Source of the DNA: Promethearchaeota archaeon | GTDB taxonomy: Archaea > Asgardarchaeota > Lokiarchaeia > Sigyniarchaeales > SOKP01 | Assembly (NCBI GenBank): GCA_016839585.1 | Contig: JAEOTZ010000003.1 | Location: forward strand, 27,866-91,865 | DNA length: 64,000 bases | Direction: 5' to 3' | Shown: positions 57,915 to 64,000 of the stretch, piece after piece | How positions within the stretch are numbered: position 1 is the stretch's first letter | Layout of the letters: each line of letters starts with the position of its first letter | The notes under the pieces: model-generated | Told to the model about the DNA's origin: nothing | Seen by the model: the letters and a program-made list of their open reading frames with translations, nothing else | Databases searched by the model: none | Position numbers and translations under genes: made by a program

Positions 57915-59630
57915 ATGACTAAACCAATAGGTTCTTTTTCATTAGTGTTGCATAGCCATTTACCTTGGGTTTTAGGGCATGGTGTGTGGCCCCATGGTAC
58001 AGACTGGGTAAACGAAGCAGCCGCTGAAACATATATTCCTTTTTTGATGGAATTATACAAATTGATTGATGATGGATATCACCCAAAATTAACTGTTGGT
58101 CTTACACCGGTGCTTTGTGAGATGCTACGCCATCCATCTTTTATTGGTGGGTTTTTAGGTTATTTAGATGAAAAATTTAATGCCGCATTACATGATTATG
58201 AAGATTTTACAGAAAATAGGTATGAAGAAGGAAGAATAAAGTTAGCTAAATGGTGGCAAGAGTTTTATGAGCGTGTAAGGGAGAATTTTATTCATAGATA
58301 CAATAAGGATATTATAGGTGCGTTTAAAAATCTGCAAGATATGGGACTTTTAGATATAATTACCTGCGGAGCTACTCACGGATATGCACCTCTCCTCTCA
58401 AAGGATACTTCCCTTGATGCTCAATTTAAAACTGGTGTTGATAGTTATAAAAGGCATTTTGGAAGAGCCCCCACAGGTGCTTGGTTACCTGAGTGCGGTT
58501 ATCGTCCGGGTTATCGGTGGAAAAATCCTATAACCGAAGAAGAATATGAAAGACCTGGTGTAGAATATTTTCTTGCTAAAAATGGATTAAAGTATTTTTT
58601 TATAGATACTGCATTACTTTTAGGTGGAAAATCACAAGGAGTTTATGCTGCTCGATTCCCCTTACTTGCTGAACTATGGAAGCAATTCTCTTCTCAATAT
58701 GAAGAAATTCCTACCTCTTTTGAAAAATCTCAGTATGAACCATATTTAATATCTACAGATCCATCTACACCTGCTCCTGTGGGATTCTTTACAAGAGATG
58801 AGAAAACTGGAATTGTAGTTTGGAGCGGAGAACATGGGTATCCTGGATGTGCTGAATATTTAGATTTCCATAAGAAATCCTGGCCCTCGGGATTAAGATA
58901 CTGGAAAGTGACCAGCCCTAAAATGGATTTAGGAGAAAAATGGTTATATTGGCCTGAAGATGTTCCTGGAAAACTAGATGAAAACGCCGGTCATTATGTG
59001 AATCTAATTAAAGATATCTTAAGAGATTTTAAAAATAAATTTGGGAGAGATGGAATTGTAATTGCACCGTATGACGCAGAATTATTTGGACACTGGTGGT
59101 TTGAGGGAAACTGGTGGTTAGCTAGAGTTCTTAGATGGGTAGAAGATGATCCCGAAATAAATCTAACGAATACAAGATTATATCTTGAGGCAAATCCTCC
59201 GAATAAGGTAGTCTCGGTGATTGAGGGGTCATGGGGACAGGCATCCTCTCACTGGGTGTGGCTTAATGAGTGGACGACTTGGACGTGGGAGAGAATATAC
59301 GAATGCGAAGCTAAGAGCGAAGAAATTATTTCTAAATTTAAAAATTCAAATGATTCCCATCTAATCAAAATCTTAAAGCAAATGGCAAGGGAACTCCTAT
59401 TATTAGAAAGTAGTGATTGGCAATTTCTCATAACAACTTGGAGCGCAAGAGACTATGCAGAAAATAGGGTAGCATTACATTATGAAAATTTTAAAAGACT
59501 TTACAATATGGCAGAGACATATGGTAAAGGGGAAAATGTAGAAGAAGGTGAGTGGCACTTTCTTGGAACTCTTGAAGCTAATGATGGAATATTTGAAGCT
59601 TTAGATCTTGAACCTTTCGCTAAAAAATAG
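57915..59630 (+). CDS. GH57 1,4-alpha-glucan branching enzyme (DUF1957)
   Basis: VLHSHLPWV, ETYIP, WLPECGY, PYDAELFGHWWFEG and ELLLLESSDWQF motifs. Confidence 0.93.
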   Translation: MTKPIGSFSLVLHSHLPWVLGHGVWPHGTDWVNEAAAETYIPFLMELYKLIDDGYHPKLTVGLTPVLCEMLRHPSFIGGFLGYLDEKFNAALHDYEDFTENRYEEGRIKLAKWWQEFYERVRENFIHRYNKDIIGAFKNLQDMGLLDIITCGATHGYAPLLSKDTSLDAQFKTGVDSYKRHFGRAPTGAWLPECGYRPGYRWKNPITEEEYERPGVEYFLAKNGLKYFFIDTALLLGGKSQGVYAARFPLLAELWKQFSSQYEEIPTSFEKSQYEPYLISTDPSTPAPVGFFTRDEKTGIVVWSGEHGYPGCAEYLDFHKKSWPSGLRYWKVTSPKMDLGEKWLYWPEDVPGKLDENAGHYVNLIKDILRDFKNKFGRDGIVIAPYDAELFGHWWFEGNWWLARVLRWVEDDPEINLTNTRLYLEANPPNKVVSVIEGSWGQASSHWVWLNEWTTWTWERIYECEAKSEEIISKFKNSNDSHLIKILKQMARELLLLESSDWQFLITTWSARDYAENRVALHYENFKRLYNMAETYGKGENVEEGEWHFLGTLEANDGIFEALDLEPFAKK

Positions 59631-60779
59631 TTATACTTGTTGACCAAGTTCAAGAGTTTTTTCTCTAATTTGGTAATTATCACTAATTTTGCAATTAGGA
59701 GCAATTATTGCTCTTTCTAAAACCACATTATCTCCTATTTCGCAATTATTACAAATTATACTTTCAGTGATAATACAACCAGCACCAATTTTCACCTCAT
59801 CCCAGATAACACTTTTTTCAATTACAGTGTCTTCTCCAATAGTAACATTATTGCCTATTGATGTAAGTTCTTTAATTTTGACGCGATTTGCTAACTGAAC
59901 AAATTCTCCGAAACAAGTTGGCTTTTCAATTGTAATATTTTGACCAGAATTTATAATTCCGATAACATAAATTCCATCATATTCTTTCCCATTGGGTGTG
60001 ATTGGCCAGGCATAATGCCGCAATAAGTCCCAATTTGCCCACATATAGGTTTGATTATTACCACAATCAAGCCAATAATAATTTTTTACAAACCCATACA
60101 AATCATACTGGTTTTCGAGGAGATATGGAAATACTTCACTCCCAAAATCCATTAAACCAGTTTCATGGAGGATATCTCCAATTTTTTTATTAAAACAATA
60201 AATCCCTGTGTTAATTATGTTTGTATGTAAAAACAAATCAGTTCTTTGAGCCATACTACTCAAATATAATTCCATTGGAGCTGGTTTTTCCAAAAATAGA
60301 TAAATTTTTCTATTTTTATCTAATAAAACAACGCCATATTGAGAAATATGACTTTCAACTGTTTTCATTGAAATTGTTGCCAATCCTTCTTTTTCAGAGT
60401 GGAAATCCATGAAATCTTTCATTGGAAGATTTGTAACTATATCTGCCATCGATACAACAACCTTTTCTGAGTCTATATGCTCATTTAAAAGTCTATAAGC
60501 ATCAGCAGTACCCTTACTGTCTTGTATTTCAAATTCTAATTCTACATCTCCCAATTTATCTGTAGTCCATGTTTTTTTAATATAATCTTTTAAATCTTCG
60601 CCCATATAAGCCAACGCAAGCGTAATGTGTTTTATATCTGCAAATATTAAATGAGCGATTGCATAATCTACCATAGGAACATTGGTAACTTTTACAAGTG
60701 GTTTTGGAATCAAGGCAGTTAAGGGCATTAATCGTTTACCTTTTCCACCTGCTAAAACTATCGCAGACCATTCTCTCAA
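59631..60779 (-). CDS. NDP-sugar pyrophosphorylase (sugar-1-phosphate nucleotidyltransferase with left-handed beta-helix)
   Basis: LAGGKGKRL.PLT..IPKPL, FLEKP, INTGIY, YWLDCG and hexapeptide repeats. Confidence 0.9.
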   Translation of the reverse strand: MREWSAIVLAGGKGKRLMPLTALIPKPLVKVTNVPMVDYAIAHLIFADIKHITLALAYMGEDLKDYIKKTWTTDKLGDVELEFEIQDSKGTADAYRLLNEHIDSEKVVVSMADIVTNLPMKDFMDFHSEKEGLATISMKTVESHISQYGVVLLDKNRKIYLFLEKPAPMELYLSSMAQRTDLFLHTNIINTGIYCFNKKIGDILHETGLMDFGSEVFPYLLENQYDLYGFVKNYYWLDCGNNQTYMWANWDLLRHYAWPITPNGKEYDGIYVIGIINSGQNITIEKPTCFGEFVQLANRVKIKELTSIGNNVTIGEDTVIEKSVIWDEVKIGAGCIITESIICNNCEIGDNVVLERAIIAPNCKISDNYQIREKTLELGQQV

Positions 60780-60890
60780 TATGATTTCCTCAAAAAAATC
60801 CTCATAAATTATTAAACAATTAATAGATATAAATCTAAGTTTAATTGAAATTTAAAAGTTATTAAATCAATAAATAATAACAGAATTGAG

Positions 60891-62165
60891 TTAATTAAGA
60901 TACTTGACTAATGATTCTCTAATTTCAGCTGCAGCAATATGGGGCAACTTTCTCGCAACTCGCATATCATCTGCCATCTCTGCTCCGCCAATTACTTCAT
61001 GTGGAATAATATCACCAAATAAATGAAAATCATCATCATATCCAAAAGGACAGCAATTAAATAAAAGGTTTCTATTCTTATCTATTTCTATATCATCAAG
61101 TGCCTGAAAGATAATTCTTATAGATTTCGCTAAATCATTTAATTGATTAATTTTCAATTGAGAAAACCTTCTTAAGTGCTCATTTGGATGAAAACGAATG
61201 TGGTAATTTCTCACTGGACTTCCTGTTGTATAAAAAGTCCAAAATTCGGTATTTAAAATAATACGATCTGTATTTCCATGTGTAGTTTCACATAGATGAC
61301 AATTATCACCCATCTCTTTAAACGCCCTTAAATATCCTTCCAATCGACTTCCATGACCATCACCACTCAAATCAATATATACCTGACTATGTATTCGGGG
61401 TTGTGACCCTCCTACTTTCATTCCTATATTAAAAAAAGGAGATATTGGAATATCGTAATAATCACGTTCTATAGCTTCTTGTACACAATAAAGGATTGCT
61501 GCTTTCATAGATAAAAAAATTCCAGCAATAATATCTTCAGGGATTAAATTAAAACATAAAGAAGGATAAAATTTTCTCGAAATGGTTATCAAATTTATCC
61601 CCCTCGCAAGTTTTAGATGAGGAGGTAATTTTTCAACAATATAATCCTCTATTTCAGGATCTATAATCCGAGCCATTGATGGATATCGATTTATTAAAGT
61701 AACTGCTTTACAAGATTCAGGAAGTCTTTCAATTTGATGAGGAATATCTGAAAAAGGATTGTCAAGCTTTTTTTCATCTTGATTTATAATGATAGTGAAA
61801 CCATCACCGAGTTGATAACCCCAATCATCAAAAATAGGTTTTCCTTCTGTGACTGCCATAAAAACATCCTTTACTCTCGCAAAAATCTTTTTTGGGCAAT
61901 GTTCAAGTTCACTTTTCTTTTCTACTGTATCATAAGCCTTTGGTCTTTTCCCTCTAATAGGACTTAAATAGGAATAATGCCCATAATACCTTTCACGCTT
62001 TTTTCCAAGACCAAAATCCTTAGATTTAATTTTTACTGTCGATAAAGGATCCCATCTCTTAATAGGTATATCATATGTAGTTTTGTCCTTAAAATTTTTT
62101 TTAGTAATTATGCCCCATTCCATGAATTTAGGCTCATATACTTCTTGCTTTTCATTTTCTGAAAT
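60891..62165 (-). CDS. Divergent GalT/HIT-superfamily nucleotidyltransferase; probable ATT start at 62165 (track ATG 62123)
   Basis: RGKRP, INRYP, GGSQPRIHSQ (cf. GASxxHPHxQ), CHLC, and a C-terminal GGAE...LP..AA. Confidence 0.75.
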   Translation of the reverse strand: MSENEKQEVYEPKFMEWGIITKKNFKDKTTYDIPIKRWDPLSTVKIKSKDFGLGKKRERYYGHYSYLSPIRGKRPKAYDTVEKKSELEHCPKKIFARVKDVFMAVTEGKPIFDDWGYQLGDGFTIIINQDEKKLDNPFSDIPHQIERLPESCKAVTLINRYPSMARIIDPEIEDYIVEKLPPHLKLARGINLITISRKFYPSLCFNLIPEDIIAGIFLSMKAAILYCVQEAIERDYYDIPISPFFNIGMKVGGSQPRIHSQVYIDLSGDGHGSRLEGYLRAFKEMGDNCHLCETTHGNTDRIILNTEFWTFYTTGSPVRNYHIRFHPNEHLRRFSQLKINQLNDLAKSIRIIFQALDDIEIDKNRNLLFNCCPFGYDDDFHLFGDIIPHEVIGGAEMADDMRVARKLPHIAAAEIRESLVKYLN

Positions 62166-62433
62166 TAATATAACCTCTTCTTATAATTCTATCTCTAATA
62201 CCTCTAATATACCCGAAGTTCTATATATATTTCATTATGAATTACCTTAGATAATTAATTATTCAAATTGAAAATTTTTTAACTAAATCAATGAAAATTG
62301 AAAGAATATAACTAATTCATAAATTTAAAATATTCTTTTCTTAAAAAAAGAATAAAAAGAATAAGGAGAAAGTGATTTAATCCCTTTTTAACTAAAAGTT
62401 TTAACTAATATTTTTTTGTATCTAACAAATATT

Positions 62434-62724
62434 TTAATATTCTAAACGCCGCACGATTTTATAGGTCTTAAACTCACGCACAGGCTCGTCATTTTCATCG
62501 GTCGTCTTAATAGGTACTCTCACGTAATTTTTTTCATCAAAATCTTTAATTTCACTTTCTTTATACTTAGCCATCCTATTAGCTAAGGCTAGCTCTTTTA
62601 ATAAAAATTCTCTAACTGCAACTCTAATTAATTCTGACCTAGAGGGATACAGACCATTCTCTCCTACTAATTTTTTAATTGAGTCTAAAAATGAATCCGG
62701 AATATTGACTGTGACAATCTTCAA
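62434..62724 (-). CDS. Ribbon-helix-helix (CopG/NikR-type) transcription regulator
   Basis: IVTVNIP...YPSRSELIRVAVREFL. Confidence 0.9.
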   Translation of the reverse strand: MKIVTVNIPDSFLDSIKKLVGENGLYPSRSELIRVAVREFLLKELALANRMAKYKESEIKDFDEKNYVRVPIKTTDENDEPVREFKTYKIVRRLEY

Positions 62725-63270
62725 TTTGAATCGCCTTAATCCTTAACTTTTAAATTTTCTATATATAACATTTTATGATAATATAATATATAAAGATTTT
62801 TTTTTATCGGATTAATATAATAAACCCAAATGGCTTATTTAAGCATTACTTTTTTAAAAATGTTTTCTTCTGCTTAATTTTGAGGTTATTTTTGAGTGTA
62901 AAAAGTTTTAATTAATTTTATATTATATCAAATTTTTTTTCAGATTAATTGATTAGTATCGATGAACATTTTATATCTTTTAAAAGATATACTAAATATT
63001 GTTCATAATTATTAAAAATTATTATAACCTTAATATGATTTTTTCCTCAAAAGTTAAATATTTTTTTCTTTTATTCTCATGAGAAAAGGGAAAAATAAAC
63101 CTTTTGTTTAACGGCTCTTATTAGTTGAGTATTTAATTTTAGCAGATATATTTTTAAATCTCTTTTTATTTCATTCATTTATGAAAAAAAAAAAAAGGTA
63201 TAATTTCACTTATTATAGTTGCTGTTGTAATTATTGCAGGAATTTTTATTGTACCTCGAATAATTTAAAA

Positions 63271-64000
63271 TTAGGGTACTTTATTATGCTTTTTCTTAAT
63301 TATTAGAGATATAGACAAGATAATAAATATCATCAGTAAGGATACAAGATATCCTGGAATAATACCACCTCCATTTCCTTCTTCTGGAATTGCAACTACA
63401 ATTTCAATACAGTTGGAAAGTGTATCTCCATATTCATTGTGCGCAACCACGATAAAGTAGTACGTTCCATTCACATAGTTGCTTAACATTAATGATAATT
63501 CGGTGATTTCATTCGCTAAAAGGGTTAGGCTCCCATTAATCTCCGTAATATAGCTAGAATGACGATAGACAGAGTAATTATCTGCGATAAGGGAACTAGT
63601 CCAAGTGAGAGTAAATATTCCGTCAGTATCTGGAGTTTCTGCATCGGAAGAAAGTGTGAAATCTCCTGGCATAAAGCTCACTAAAACAGTAATACAATTC
63701 GAAAGCCTATCTCCATATTCATTGTGCGCAACCACGATAAAGTAGTACGTTCCATCCGAGTTGCTTAACATTAATGATATTTCGGTGAAGACATTCGCTA
63801 AAAGGGTTAGGCTCCCATTAATCTCCGTAATATAGCTAGAATGACTATAGACAGAGTAATTATCTGCGCTAGCGGAACTAGTCCAAGTGAGAGTAAATAC
63901 TCCGTCAGTATCTGGAGTTTCTGCATCGGAAGAAAGTGTGAAATCTCCTGGGATTGGACCCCCCCCATCTATAATAGTCCAAGAAAAGTCAGTAATGATG
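63271..64000 (-). CDS. Surface protein C-terminus: two FN3/Ig-like repeats plus Loki-CTERM-like sorting tail (5' end off the window)
   Basis: Frame is open to the window edge. Two copies of PGDFTLSSDA..FTLTWTSS..YSVY..GTYYFIVVAHNEYG, then IPGY + TM + KKKH. Confidence 0.85.
   Translation of the reverse strand, partial: IITDFSWTIIDGGGPIPGDFTLSSDAETPDTDGVFTLTWTSSASADNYSVYSHSSYITEINGSLTLLANVFTEISLMLSNSDGTYYFIVVAHNEYGDRLSNCITVLVSFMPGDFTLSSDAETPDTDGIFTLTWTSSLIADNYSVYRHSSYITEINGSLTLLANEITELSLMLSNYVNGTYYFIVVAHNEYGDTLSNCIEIVVAIPEEGNGGGIIPGYLVSLLMIFIILSISLIIKKKHNKVP
63400..63951 (-). repeat. Near-identical tandem coding repeat, period 282-285 bp
   Basis: Long identical DNA blocks (e.g. TCTCCATATTCATTGTGCGCAACCACGATAAAGTAGTACGTTCCAT) occur twice, with one codon indel between copies. 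Confidence 0.92.

Noticed and set aside
2636-61967. Numerous 60-125 aa ORFs in the track overlapping larger genes (e.g. 2636-2824, 10022-10267, 12855-13139, 46752-47033, 51085-51456)
   Set aside because: They are antisense or alternate-frame shadows of well-supported genes and show no motifs of their own.
62725-63180. Replication origin or mobile-element end in the long AT-rich gap
   Set aside because: No ORB-like repeats, cdc6/orc1, terminal inverted repeats or transposase.

Overview
A strongly AT-rich, gene-dense archaeal chromosome segment, most likely from Asgard archaea (Lokiarchaeia). The assignment is inferred from an archaeal RadA, a tRNA-intron endonuclease, an A/V-type ATPase and a Loki-CTERM-like IPGY-TM-basic tail. 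Core content: purSQL and purC; glmM, nagB and glmS; a 9-gene A/V-ATPase operon in a non-standard order; a 2-hydroxyacyl-CoA dehydratase cluster (activase plus 3 subunits); an AGPS/YgcU-like flavoprotein, CCG Fe-S protein and FGGY kinase operon; and an alpha-glucan/sugar-nucleotide cluster (GH57, NDP-sugar transferase, GalT-like, degenerate PGM). Surface and membrane proteins lie at both ends of the window. I found no tRNA, rRNA, CRISPR array or intact mobile element. Main leads: (1) at least six genes appear to start at near-cognate codons (ACG, ATT, ATA/CTG) at the normal distance from a GGTGA-like ribosome-binding motif; (2) a two-gene membrane module pairs a CBS-tetraspan protein with a 2-TM protein carrying an RGG/aromatic low-complexity tail, a nested extracellular beta-sandwich and double zinc ribbons; (3) one ORF is interrupted by a single in-frame TGA; (4) a PadR-Hsp20 unit shares a Cys-(Cys)-x-Pro-Phe motif and has paired operators and a long 3' hairpin; (5) an integrin-alpha/FAM234-like FG-GAP propeller is fused to a polytopic membrane domain. 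All family calls come from motif recognition by eye, not database searches.
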